This document shows, piece after piece, positions 38,540-48,172 of a DNA stretch of 64,000 nucleotides. The first letter of the stretch is position 1; every line of letters starts with the position of its first letter. Position numbers and translations under genes: made by a program. The notes under the pieces were generated by a model. It ran no database searches, was not told where the DNA came from, and saw nothing but the letters and a program-made list of their open reading frames with translations. Source of the stretch: Longimicrobiales bacterium (GTDB lineage Bacteria > Gemmatimonadota > Gemmatimonadetes > Longimicrobiales > Gaopeijiaceae); contig OZ242008.1 of the NCBI GenBank assembly GCA_965204735.1, positions 832,001 to 896,000 on the forward strand, given 5' to 3'.

Positions 38540-40130
38540 CCTGCCGATGATGCAGCGGGTTCGCCGCCTGGTCGTGGCCTCGTCCGAGCCGGGGCCGGTC
38601 CTAGCGGGCGACGCCTGGCGCCGCCGTCGCGCCTCCCGGAGCGACCTGGTCGCGGGCCTGAGCGTGGCCATGCTGGTGATTCCCCAGAGCATGGCCTACG
38701 CCGAGCTGGCCGGCCTCTCGGGCTTCCACGGCCTCTACGCCTCGGCGCTGCCCCTCGTGGCGGCGGGCGTCTTCGCGTCTTGCCCCTACATCCAGACCGG
38801 CCCCGTCGCCCTGACGGCGCTCCTTGCCCACGGCGCCCTCGCCTCCGTCGCCCCGCCCGGCAGCCCCGCCTACGCAGGCTCGGCTGCGGTCCTGGCCCTC
38901 GTCGTGGGCGCGACCCGCGTCGCCATCGGCTTCGTCCAAGCCGGCAAGATCACCTACCTCATGTCCCAGCCCGTCCTGCGAGGCTTCACGTCGGGCGCCG
39001 CCGTCCTCATCCTCCTCTCCCAGCTTCCCTCCGCGGTGGGTCTCGTCTCCCAATCCGCGAGCGGTCCCGTGGGCAACGCGCTGATCGTCGTCGGCGCCGC
39101 AGGCTCCTGGAACTGGGCGGCCGTCGCCCTCACGGCGGGAACTGCGACGGTCACCCTGGCCGCCCGGCGCATCTACGTGCACCTGCCCGGCGCCCTCATC
39201 GCGGTCCTTGCAGGCATTGCCGTGTCGCTGTGGGCCGGCTATGCGGGACCGGTCGTCGGCGAGGTGCCCGGCACCCTGCCCCTGCCGTCCCTGACGTTGC
39301 CTTGGCGGCATCTTCCCCAGCTGGTCTTCCCCGGAATGGTCATCGCCCTCGTGGGCTTTGCCGAGTCCACCGCCATCGCCCGCGGCTTCGCCAGCCAGGA
39401 CCGGGTGCGGTGGCTTCCCGACCGGGAGTTCCTCGCCCAGGGGGCCGCCAACGTCGTGTCGGGCGTCTTCGGCGGGATGCCCGTGGACGGCTCGTTCTCC
39501 CGCAGCAACCTGAACCACCTGTGCGGCGCGGTCTCCCGCTGGTCCGGAATCGTCACCGGGGCGGCGGTGTTCCTCTTCCTCCCGTTCGCCGGCGTGCTGT
39601 CGCAGCTTCCGAAGGCGGTGCTCGCCGGGATCGTCATCGCGGCCGTTGTTGGGCTTGTGCGCCCCCTGCTGGTAGTGAAGGTGTGGAAGCTGTCCCGCGT
39701 CCAGGCGATCGTGGTGTGGTTCACCCTCGTCATGTGCCTCCTGCTGGCGCCCCGGATCGAGCAGGCCCTCCTCCTGGGCGTCCTCATGTCCCTGGCGATC
39801 CACGTCTGGCGCGAGCGCCGCGCGGGCTTCGCCAGCTGGATGGAAGGGAACGTCCTTCACCTGGAGGCGATGGGCATCCTCTGGTTCGCCTCGGCCCCCC
39901 GGCTGGAGGAAGCGGTCATGGGACGCCTGTCCGAAGCCGGGAGCGTCTCGGCAGTGGTCATCCACCTGGACGGCCTTGGCCGGATCGACCTTACCGGCGC
40001 GCTGGTCCTGAAGCGGGTGGTCGAAGAGATCGGGACGCTGGGCGTTCAGTCGTCCTTGGAAGGGATTCCGCCCCAGTCCCGCGAGATCGTGGAAAACGTC
40101 TTCGGAATGCCGCCGGGAACCTACCTGTAG
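38529..40130 (+). CDS. SulP/SLC26 anion permease with STAS domain
   Basis: DLVAGLSV..IPQSMAYAELAG, GLY, GSFSRS, C-terminal STAS (IDLTG). Confidence 0.9.
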   Translation: MRWPLPMMQRVRRLVVASSEPGPVLAGDAWRRRRASRSDLVAGLSVAMLVIPQSMAYAELAGLSGFHGLYASALPLVAAGVFASCPYIQTGPVALTALLAHGALASVAPPGSPAYAGSAAVLALVVGATRVAIGFVQAGKITYLMSQPVLRGFTSGAAVLILLSQLPSAVGLVSQSASGPVGNALIVVGAAGSWNWAAVALTAGTATVTLAARRIYVHLPGALIAVLAGIAVSLWAGYAGPVVGEVPGTLPLPSLTLPWRHLPQLVFPGMVIALVGFAESTAIARGFASQDRVRWLPDREFLAQGAANVVSGVFGGMPVDGSFSRSNLNHLCGAVSRWSGIVTGAAVFLFLPFAGVLSQLPKAVLAGIVIAAVVGLVRPLLVVKVWKLSRVQAIVVWFTLVMCLLLAPRIEQALLLGVLMSLAIHVWRERRAGFASWMEGNVLHLEAMGILWFASAPRLEEAVMGRLSEAGSVSAVVIHLDGLGRIDLTGALVLKRVVEEIGTLGVQSSLEGIPPQSREIVENVFGMPPGTYL

Positions 40131-40189
40131 GTTGCGAAGAACCCCGCCGGCCCGCCGACCTGCCCGCCCCGGAGCCGCTCGCCCCGGAG

Positions 40190-40918
40190 CTACCCGCCGA
40201 AGCCGAAGCGCACGGATACGTTGAGGATGGGCCAGTACTTCAAGTAGGTCGCCGCCTCGTCGGCGATCCGTCCCTCCTCGGACTCCAGGTTCGCCCGAAA
40301 CTCCGGGGTGTCGACTACGGCAGGGTCCCCTGTCGCCCTCAGGCCCACGTCCGCGTCGCCCAGGAACGCCGCTCCCAGGTCGAGGGCGACGCCGAAGCCG
40401 CCGGGAGCGTTCGCCCCGAAGCCGACCAGCGCGAAGAAGGCCGTCGAACGGGAAACATGCGTTCCCGTGAAGCCGGAGACCACGTCGCCCAGGTAGCGGT
40501 CGTCTCCCAGCCTCACCGTCGCGTCGGGCTCGAGAGCCACTTCCGCCACGACGTCGCCCGGCTTGTAGAGGATGCCGCCGCCCAGCCGCATGAACTGCCC
40601 CAGATGGAAGTCGGCGCCGATCGTGTACCAGTTCCTGGGCAGCTCCAGGTCCGCCTTGACCACCCCGTCGATGTCGTAGAAGCGGGTCGCGTCGAGCTTC
40701 AGCGGCAGGAGCCCATACCCGCCGCGCACTCCGAGCGGGCCGAACCGAACCGACGCCTCGGGACCGATCCCGATCGTGCCGGCGCGCGCGCCCACCGCGA
40801 AGCCGACGGGCTGACCCCACGCCGACGCCGGCCGGAGCGCCGAGCAGCCCGCCGCGACCGCCAAGCAGCCTGCCCAGAGCACGATACCGGCGGCTCCGAT
40901 CCGCGATCTTGCCTTCAT
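40190..40918 (-). CDS. putative outer-membrane beta-barrel protein
   Basis: Signal peptide, GTIGIG, terminal WPILNVSVRFGF. Confidence 0.6.
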   Translation of the reverse strand: MKARSRIGAAGIVLWAGCLAVAAGCSALRPASAWGQPVGFAVGARAGTIGIGPEASVRFGPLGVRGGYGLLPLKLDATRFYDIDGVVKADLELPRNWYTIGADFHLGQFMRLGGGILYKPGDVVAEVALEPDATVRLGDDRYLGDVVSGFTGTHVSRSTAFFALVGFGANAPGGFGVALDLGAAFLGDADVGLRATGDPAVVDTPEFRANLESEEGRIADEAATYLKYWPILNVSVRFGFGG

Positions 40919-41075
40919 TTCGCTCTTCTCCGCTTGGGTTCGCGCCCCATGCTCTCCTGGTTCGCGTACCGTGATCTCCCGGGCCCGCCCGCCGCCCCTG
41001 CCTTGGCAAGATAACGTGGTTGCGGGTGCGCTGTGGCGGCCGTCCCGACCCTCCCCGGGGACACTTCCCCCCAGC

Positions 41076-41105
41076 TTGACGAGTTCCGCCAAGCCGTCGC
41101 ATGAT
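41076..41105 (+). promoter_or_regulatory. possible sigma70 promoter of the ATPase/DUF4276 cassette
   Basis: TTGACG-18 bp-CATGAT. Confidence 0.3.
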
Positions 41106-41198
41106 GACTTGGTGCGTCGCCGTGGCTTCTCGGCGACTGCTTCTCGTGCGGCGCCTCCGCCCCCTTGGCGGGCGACGGCGCCCTCAACAGCCAGCCGG

Positions 41199-42389
41199 GT
41201 GCAGATCGAACAGATCCAGATACGGAACTTCCGAGCGTTTCGCGACGTGACCGTAAAGAACGTTCCTCGCCTTGCGATCTTCGTCGGAGCCAACGGAACG
41301 GGGAAGTCCACCCTGCTCTCCGTCTTCGGCTTCCTGCGGGACGCGATGACGACCAACGTTCGGGTGGCGTTGTCCAAGCTCGGCGGGAGCCGGGGCTTTC
41401 GCGAGGTTCGCAGTCGCGACTCGGACGGTCCGATCACGATTGCGATCAAGTACCGGATCAAGCAGGACGCTCCGCTGGTGACCTACTCCATGTCGATCGG
41501 CGAACGCCGTGGACGTCCTGTCGTGGAGCGCGAGATACTCGCGTATCGGCGCTTCAGTTCCGGGCGTCCATGGCACTTCCTGGACTTCAGCCAAGGAAAG
41601 GGCTACGCGGTCACGAACGAGGCGGAGGACATCGAGAACGTGAGAGAGCTGGATCGCGACGAACAGGAGTTGAAGTCGCCCGATCTTCTTGCCATCAAGG
41701 GCCTGGCTCAGTTCGAGCGCTTCCCGGCTGTGGTAGCGCTGGGCGACTTGATCGAGCGCTGGCACATCTCCGACTTCCACATTGATCGTGCCCGGCGCGA
41801 ACAAGAAGCGGGCTACGCTGAGCACCTCTCCAGAGAGGGCGACAACTTGGCGCTTGTGGTCGAGTACCTTCACGGGAATCACAGCGAGGTGTTCGGGAAG
41901 ATCATGAGGCAGCTGGAGCTGCGGGTGCCCGGCCTTTCCAAGGTCGAAGCCAAGGAGACCGAAGACGGACGCATCCTGCTGAGGTTTCGGGACGGAGCCT
42001 TCAAGTTGCCGTTTCTCGCGAAGTACGTTTCCGACGGAACGATCAAGATGCTGGCGTACTTGACGCTTCTCTACGACCCCGATCCGCATCCGCTGCTTTG
42101 CGTCGAGGAGCCCGAGAATCAGCTGTACCCTACGCTTCTGGAAGAGCTTGCGGAAGAGTTTCGTTCATACGCGCGACGGGGCGGACAAGTGTTCGTCTCG
42201 ACGCATTCGCCCGATTTCTTGAACGCGGCCCGACTCGACGAGGTGTTCTGGCTGACGAAGGCCGACGGCTACACCGGAATCGTCCGCGCCCGGGACGATG
42301 CTCAGGTCGCCGCATACATGAAAGACGGGGACAAGATGGGACGTTTGTGGAAGCAGGGGTTCTTCAACGGAGCCGATCCAGCGTCGTGA
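41199..42389 (+). CDS. ABC-class (AAA_21/OLD-like) ATPase
   Basis: IRNFRAF, GANGTGKS, VSDGT, VEEPENQL, STHSP. Confidence 0.9.
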   Translation: MQIEQIQIRNFRAFRDVTVKNVPRLAIFVGANGTGKSTLLSVFGFLRDAMTTNVRVALSKLGGSRGFREVRSRDSDGPITIAIKYRIKQDAPLVTYSMSIGERRGRPVVEREILAYRRFSSGRPWHFLDFSQGKGYAVTNEAEDIENVRELDRDEQELKSPDLLAIKGLAQFERFPAVVALGDLIERWHISDFHIDRARREQEAGYAEHLSREGDNLALVVEYLHGNHSEVFGKIMRQLELRVPGLSKVEAKETEDGRILLRFRDGAFKLPFLAKYVSDGTIKMLAYLTLLYDPDPHPLLCVEEPENQLYPTLLEELAEEFRSYARRGGQVFVSTHSPDFLNAARLDEVFWLTKADGYTGIVRARDDAQVAAYMKDGDKMGRLWKQGFFNGADPAS

Positions 42390-42991
42390 GGCTTGTGTTC
42401 CTGCTTGAAGAAGCCTCTGCGCGCGAGATGCTCAAGGGATTGCTTCCCCGCGTGCTTCCGCAACTCTCCGAGCCTGGCAATTTCGTACAGTACATCGCGT
42501 TCGAGGGCAAGTACGACCTGGACAAGCAGCTTGAACGAAAACTGCGAGGCTGGCGCTCTCCCGATACACTCTTTGTAGTCCTGCGCGATCAAGACTCGGC
42601 AGATTGCCGCACGCTGAAGAGTTCACTTGTTGCCAAGTGCCGATCTGCCGGCCGGCCGGACGTTGTGGTTCGGATCGCATGTCGGGAGCTCGAGAGCTGG
42701 TATCTCGGTGACTTGGTTGCTGTGGAAGAGGCGCTGGGCATCTCGAATTTGGTGCGGTACAGCAATCGCAGTAAGTACCGCAACCCCGACGATGTTCGGC
42801 AGCCTTCTGTGGAGCTCCAAAAGATCACTCGCCACAGCTACTCCAAAGTGGCAGGGTCCCGCAGCATCGGGCCTCGCTTGTCGGTCGAGAGGAGCAGCTC
42901 GCACAGCTTTCGGGTCTTTGTCGACGGAGTGCAACGCGCGGTGGAACAGCGGCAGGCCACGCTCACTACAACGGAGAACACGAATGCATGA
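42386..42991 (+). CDS. DUF4276/TOPRIM-like putative nuclease
   Basis: LVFLLEEAS, FEGKYDL, LRDQDSADC, RELESWYLGD, SHSF. GTGA overlap with the ATPase. Confidence 0.8.
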   Translation: MRLVFLLEEASAREMLKGLLPRVLPQLSEPGNFVQYIAFEGKYDLDKQLERKLRGWRSPDTLFVVLRDQDSADCRTLKSSLVAKCRSAGRPDVVVRIACRELESWYLGDLVAVEEALGISNLVRYSNRSKYRNPDDVRQPSVELQKITRHSYSKVAGSRSIGPRLSVERSSSHSFRVFVDGVQRAVEQRQATLTTTENTNA

Positions 42992-45416
42992 CGTGAAGAC
43001 GACGCATCGACTCGGCCGGATGGCCGCACTCGGCGCCCACGCCAAGACAGCGATCGCCGCCGGCCTCGCGGCCGTGGCCGCGGCGATCGCGACGACTCCG
43101 GTCCAGGCCCAGGAAGTGGACTACCACCGCGCCGAGCTCCTCCTCGGCTGGCACACGTCCCCGCTGGTCGCCGGTGGTCCCGTCGTTCCCAACTGGATCA
43201 ACGACACGGACCGCTTCTGGTACCGGAACAGCACCGGCGCAGGCCACGAGTTCACCTTCGTGGACCCGACGGCCAACGAGAAGCGGCCCCTCTTCGACCA
43301 CTACCGGCTGGCCGCGGCCCTCTCCATGGCGGCGGACACCAGCTACGTCCCGGAGAAGCTGCCCTTCGAGGAGTTCGAGTTCGTGGACGGCGACGAGGCG
43401 CGGATCGCCTTCGAGACCGGCGAGCGGCGCTTCGCCTGCGACATCATGGCGTACATGTGCGAGGCGGGCGACACGCTGCCGGATCCGGATCCCTTCGTCG
43501 AGTCCCCCGACGAGCGCTGGGAAGCCTTCGTCATGGACCACGACCTGTACCTTAGGCCGACCGAGGGCGGCGACACGATCCGCCTCACCACCGACGGGGA
43601 GGAGTTCAACGGCTACGGACTCGCCTATCCCCGGCCCAACGACCTGAAGAATGAGAGAACCCGACGGCCGGTGGTCCGATGGTCCCCCGACTCCCGCAAG
43701 GTCCTCGTGCAGCGGATGGACCAGCGAGGCGTTGATCACCACCACTACGTGTCGTACACGTCGCAGCGCACCGAGCACTACTCCCAGCCGTACGCTCTGC
43801 CCGGCGACTCGGTGGTGCCCCTGCCGGCGTTTCACCTTCTGGACCTGACCGAGACGCTGGCCGCGGCCGAAGAGGCGGACGGGCCGAGCCAAGCCGACGG
43901 CCCCGACGACGGCCGCGCCCGCGTCGAGCCTCCTGCGCCCGCCAACGTCCGCGTCGTGCTGGAGCCGCGTCCCAACCGGCTCTACCTCAACGGATCGCAG
44001 GTGGACTCCCTGTGGTCGGCGGACTCCCGCTTCGTCTACGTCAACTGGGAGACGCGGGCGTCCAAGAGCAACCACTTGGCCGAAGTGGACGCGGCCACAG
44101 GCGAGTTTCGGATCGTCGCCGGCGACAGCTCCAAGACCTTTGTCGAGTTCTCCCAGCGCAACCCCGCGTCGTGGTTCGTCTCCGAGTCCACCGACGACGC
44201 CTTCTGGTGGTCCGAGCGCGACGGCTGGGCCCACGTCTGGCGCTTCTCCAAGGACGGGACCGTCAAGAACCAGGTCACCTCCGGACCGTGGGCGGTGGGG
44301 GCGATCTGGCACGTCGACGAGGCCGCCCGGCGGATCTACTTCACAGCCTACGGGCGCGAGGAGGGCGTCCCCTACTACGGACGCCTGTACAGCGTCGGCT
44401 ACGACGGGAGCGGCATGCGCACCGTGGCGGGCGAAGTCGGCAACCATCGGATCGCAGTGTCGCCGTCCGGCCGCTTCTTCGTGGACGCTTGGTCGACGAT
44501 CGGCGACCCGCCGGTCAGCCAGCTTCGGCGACTGGACGGAGGCGCCGTCGTCCGCACGCTGGAAGAGGCCGACGTGTCGAAGCTGGAGGCCGTGGGGTGG
44601 CGCCCGCCCGAGGTCTTCACGGTCAAGGCCCGCGACGGGACCACCGACATCCACGGCCTGATCTACTTCCCCGACGACGTGGACGAGTCGCGCCTCTACC
44701 CGGTCATCGACCACATCTACCCCGGTCCGCAGGTCGGCAGCGTGGGCTCGTGGACGTTCAAGTCCGGCGGCGAGGACTTCTCGCTGGCCAAGCTGGGCTT
44801 CGTGGTGATCCAGCTGGACCACATGGGCACGCCGCACCGCTCCAAGGCCTTTCACGACGTCTACTACGGCGACTTCAACGACAACGGCCTTCCCGACCAC
44901 GTGAGCGCGATCAAGCAGCTGGCCGCTCGCTACCCGTTCATGGACCTGGAGCGGGTGGGCATCTACGGCCACTCGGGCGGCGGCTTCGCTTCCACCGACG
45001 CCATGCTCAAGTACCCGGACTTCTACAAGGTGGCCGTGTCGGGGGCCGGTAACCACGACAACGCGAGCTACAACATCTACTGGGCCGAAAAGTACCAGGG
45101 GCTCTTGGTGGCCGACTCGGCGTCGGGCACGAGCAACTTCACCGACGAAGCCAACAAGACCCACGTGGCGAACCTGAAGGGCAAGCTCCTCCTCATGCAC
45201 GGCGACATGGACGACAACGTGCACCCCGCCATGACGGTTCAGCTGATCGACGAGCTCACCAAGGCCAACAAGGACTACGACCTGGTGTGGGCTCCCGACC
45301 GCGCCCACGGCCTCAACGAGCCCTACTTCGTGCGCCGCCGCTGGGACTACTTCGTCCGCCACCTCCTGGGCGCCGAGCCCCCCGTCGAGTACGAGATCAG
45401 GAGGCCGGAGGGGTAG
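42984..45416 (+). CDS. S9B/DPP IV-like prolyl oligopeptidase, exported
   Basis: WSPDS, YPGPQ, GHSGGG, HGDMDDNVH, RAHG. Confidence 0.9.
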   Translation: MHDVKTTHRLGRMAALGAHAKTAIAAGLAAVAAAIATTPVQAQEVDYHRAELLLGWHTSPLVAGGPVVPNWINDTDRFWYRNSTGAGHEFTFVDPTANEKRPLFDHYRLAAALSMAADTSYVPEKLPFEEFEFVDGDEARIAFETGERRFACDIMAYMCEAGDTLPDPDPFVESPDERWEAFVMDHDLYLRPTEGGDTIRLTTDGEEFNGYGLAYPRPNDLKNERTRRPVVRWSPDSRKVLVQRMDQRGVDHHHYVSYTSQRTEHYSQPYALPGDSVVPLPAFHLLDLTETLAAAEEADGPSQADGPDDGRARVEPPAPANVRVVLEPRPNRLYLNGSQVDSLWSADSRFVYVNWETRASKSNHLAEVDAATGEFRIVAGDSSKTFVEFSQRNPASWFVSESTDDAFWWSERDGWAHVWRFSKDGTVKNQVTSGPWAVGAIWHVDEAARRIYFTAYGREEGVPYYGRLYSVGYDGSGMRTVAGEVGNHRIAVSPSGRFFVDAWSTIGDPPVSQLRRLDGGAVVRTLEEADVSKLEAVGWRPPEVFTVKARDGTTDIHGLIYFPDDVDESRLYPVIDHIYPGPQVGSVGSWTFKSGGEDFSLAKLGFVVIQLDHMGTPHRSKAFHDVYYGDFNDNGLPDHVSAIKQLAARYPFMDLERVGIYGHSGGGFASTDAMLKYPDFYKVAVSGAGNHDNASYNIYWAEKYQGLLVADSASGTSNFTDEANKTHVANLKGKLLLMHGDMDDNVHPAMTVQLIDELTKANKDYDLVWAPDRAHGLNEPYFVRRRWDYFVRHLLGAEPPVEYEIRRPEG

Positions 45417-46060
45417 TGGGCCGGCAACCGTCCGCGGCCGTGGCCGAACTGGACGAGTGGCGCGAGAGCATGACGCAGATGATCGCGCGCCACGACGGGC
45501 TCGTGGCCGGCGGCAAGTGGCTGAGCGGACCTTCGGACATGCTGGGCATTGCGGGAGTCGCCCGGAACGAGATGGCGCACACTCGAATGCTGGCGTGGCT
45601 TCTTGATCCCCGGGGCAGGCACCGGCTGGGCGACGCCGTGCTTCAATCTTTGGTGCATCACGTGGCGGCGCCCGCAGAAGTCCCGAGTCCCCTTGCGGTG
45701 CGGAGCGTGCATGTCTCCCACTGGTGCAACGGCAGAGAAGCGGACATCGTGGTCTTCGGCCGGGAGTTCACCCTCGTGATCGAAGTCAAAGTGGACGCCC
45801 CGGAGCAGGAGAATCAGTGCGACGACCTGTACGCCAACTACCGAGGCAAGCCAGGCCCGTTGTTCCTCTTTCTGACCCCAGGCGGTTGGTCCCCGTACAC
45901 TGCGACTGGGAGCGCCAGGCAAGCGTTCAAGACCGCCTCGTGGAAGCAGGTTCGCGAGATGATCGAGAGCGCGCTGGAGAATCGAGACGCGGGCCTTGCC
46001 GGCCCCGGCGTCGCCATCCCGGCGGAGTACGCTGTCACCCTCAGGGAGCACTTCCGATGA
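45416..46060 (+). CDS. PD-(D/E)XK nuclease family protein (PDDEXK_4-like)
   Basis: EMAHTRMLAWLLDP.G.H.LG, ADIV..LVIEVKVDA.EQENQ, FLFLTP, SWKQ. Confidence 0.75.
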   Translation: MGRQPSAAVAELDEWRESMTQMIARHDGLVAGGKWLSGPSDMLGIAGVARNEMAHTRMLAWLLDPRGRHRLGDAVLQSLVHHVAAPAEVPSPLAVRSVHVSHWCNGREADIVVFGREFTLVIEVKVDAPEQENQCDDLYANYRGKPGPLFLFLTPGGWSPYTATGSARQAFKTASWKQVREMIESALENRDAGLAGPGVAIPAEYAVTLREHFR

Positions 46061-46674
46061 ACCGCATTGAAGACGAACGGATCAAGTTCTACCTCGAGCA
46101 CGAAGACAGGATCAAGGAGTGGGCAGCGATTGGGAAGGACGTCTTCGAGTTCGCCCACCGCTTCTACTTGAGCCTTCAGGCCGACGTCAACAAGGCAATC
46201 AGCCGGTCGCCGGACTGGGAAGCGGTGTCGTGCGTCAGGCCCGACGACAAGTGGCCCCAGGTTGGCCTGCGACGGACGAGTTGGCCCTATTCCCCCGAGC
46301 TGCCAGACGGGGGATCGGCATTCAGCCCCAAGATCGTCATTGAGTGGCACAGAGCCAGCACTGGGTTTTCCCCAGGCCATCTGGTCTGCGGCGTCCAAAT
46401 CGGCGAGGAGGTGGAAGAATCGAAGCGATTCGATTTGTGCAGGGACGCCCAGGGACGAAGGAAGGTCGTCCCCGCTGTCCCCGTCCTCGACAAGTATCCG
46501 GACGGACCCAACGCTTATTGGTTCAAATACCGCCGCTTGGAGCGGCCCGACCCGGGCTATTGGAAGGACGACGGCCTTGCCAAGTACCGCAAGTACCTGC
46601 TGGACCAGCTGTGCAAGGCGTGGTCCGACCTTGCCCCGCTGATGGACGAAGCAGCGAAGCGGGCTCGCGAATAG
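46057..46674 (+). CDS. hypothetical protein coupled to the PD-(D/E)XK gene
   Basis: ATGA overlap; ordinary globular composition; no family recognised. Confidence 0.65.
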   Translation: MNRIEDERIKFYLEHEDRIKEWAAIGKDVFEFAHRFYLSLQADVNKAISRSPDWEAVSCVRPDDKWPQVGLRRTSWPYSPELPDGGSAFSPKIVIEWHRASTGFSPGHLVCGVQIGEEVEESKRFDLCRDAQGRRKVVPAVPVLDKYPDGPNAYWFKYRRLERPDPGYWKDDGLAKYRKYLLDQLCKAWSDLAPLMDEAAKRARE

Positions 46675-46700
46675 GGGGTCGCCAAGCTCTCCTCGACGAG

Positions 46701-47435
46701 TTAGCTGGTCCGGTTCTCCTCGCGCAGGCGAACGCCGGCCAAGCCGACGGCCAGCCACGCCGCGACGTAAGCGAGCAGCCAGCCCAAGGGTTGCCAGACG
46801 ACGTCGCTGCGTCCGTTCAGAAACGCGACGATCTCCCGACGGGCTCCAAACGGGAAGAGCGCGGCCCGAGCGACCTGAGCCAAAGGGCCGTCGCTGGCCT
46901 CCGTCCGCAGGAAGTCGATCTGAAGGAGCGCAAAGACGCTCAAGGCCAAGTAGGCGGCTGTTGTCCAGCGGCCGCGGTCTCTCCACCAACAGGACATGCC
47001 GAAGCCGACGGCCACGACCACGACAGCAGTCGTCGCTTCGACCACGACAGGCTGCAGCGCGTGCCCTTCCGGCTCCCAGCCGGCTGCCACTCCGATTGCC
47101 GCGGCGGCGCACCGAAAGAGAACGGTGGCGCACACCGCGACGAACGAGACGTGAAGAAAGCGCGCGAGATGAAGGCGCAGCGGGTCGACCGGCTTCTGAA
47201 GCCAGAGGGTGTCGTCGCCCGCCGTCTTCTCGGCAAAGCTGCCCACGACCACGAGGGGCACGAGGGCAACCACCAGCGGTGCACCCGCGTCCATCCAGTC
47301 GCCAACTCCGTTTCCGGCGAACGCGTACAGGCCGTACAGCCCGCCGGCCAGGACCGCCAAGGCCGCGAACCCGGCCAAGTTCTCGCGAGCGACCAGCGCG
47401 ATCAGCCTCGGCGCCGGAACCAGCCGAGCGCTCAT
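46701..47435 (-). CDS. ABC-2-like membrane permease
   Basis: About 6 TM segments; ATGA-coupled to the ABC ATPase. Confidence 0.6.
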   Translation of the reverse strand: MSARLVPAPRLIALVARENLAGFAALAVLAGGLYGLYAFAGNGVGDWMDAGAPLVVALVPLVVVGSFAEKTAGDDTLWLQKPVDPLRLHLARFLHVSFVAVCATVLFRCAAAAIGVAAGWEPEGHALQPVVVEATTAVVVVAVGFGMSCWWRDRGRWTTAAYLALSVFALLQIDFLRTEASDGPLAQVARAALFPFGARREIVAFLNGRSDVVWQPLGWLLAYVAAWLAVGLAGVRLREENRTS

Positions 47436-48163
47436 TCGGCGCCTCGCAGCAGCTCGGCCTCAAGCTCCGCCAAGCTTCCTGCAACGTCGGCCGAAGGCGC
47501 GGGCCCCGGTCGCGCATCTCCGTCTTCCAGGATGCAGACCCGGTCGGCCAGCCTGTGCACTTCCGCCGTTTCGTGACTTGCGAAGAGCACTGCGGCGCCG
47601 CGGTCGCGGGCCGCCCGGACCTCCTCCCGCAACGCAGCCCGCGCCCGGGCGTCGAGCCCCGAGAACGGCTCGTCCAGGACCACAAAGTCCGGTTCCCCTG
47701 CGAGGGCATGGACCAATCCCAGCCTCCTCCGCGTGCCCTTCGAGCAGAGCCGGGCCGGCTTGTCCAGCGTGGCAGCGTCGAAGCCGCTCCTCGACACCGA
47801 GCGCTCGAAGACGCCGGCCCGCTCCGCCGGACTCGCCGCCACGTCCGCACTCCGTCCGAGGATGTCCCGGCACGTCCATGCCCTGGGAAAAGCCAGCGAT
47901 TCCGGCAGGTAGCCGCAGCCCTGCCGCCGCCGATACGCGCCAGGGGGCCGGCCGGCAATCGTGCACCGCCCCTGGTCGGGCCTCTTGAGGCCAACCAGGA
48001 CGCGAAGCAACGTCGTCTTGCCCGCTCCGTTGGGGCCCACCACCGCCACGATCTCTCCGGGCTCCACCGTCAGGCTCACGCCGTCGAGCACGGTGCTGCG
48101 ACGCAGCAGGCGCCGGTAGGACGCCCATATCTCCTCCGCCCGAACGAGGACTGCTCCCGGCAT
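47432..48163 (-). CDS. ABC transporter ATP-binding protein
   Basis: GPNGAGKT, CSKG, LDEPFSGLD, ASH. Confidence 0.9.
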   Translation of the reverse strand: MPGAVLVRAEEIWASYRRLLRRSTVLDGVSLTVEPGEIVAVVGPNGAGKTTLLRVLVGLKRPDQGRCTIAGRPPGAYRRRQGCGYLPESLAFPRAWTCRDILGRSADVAASPAERAGVFERSVSRSGFDAATLDKPARLCSKGTRRRLGLVHALAGEPDFVVLDEPFSGLDARARAALREEVRAARDRGAAVLFASHETAEVHRLADRVCILEDGDARPGPAPSADVAGSLAELEAELLRGAE

Positions 48164-48172
48164 GGCGCCCGA

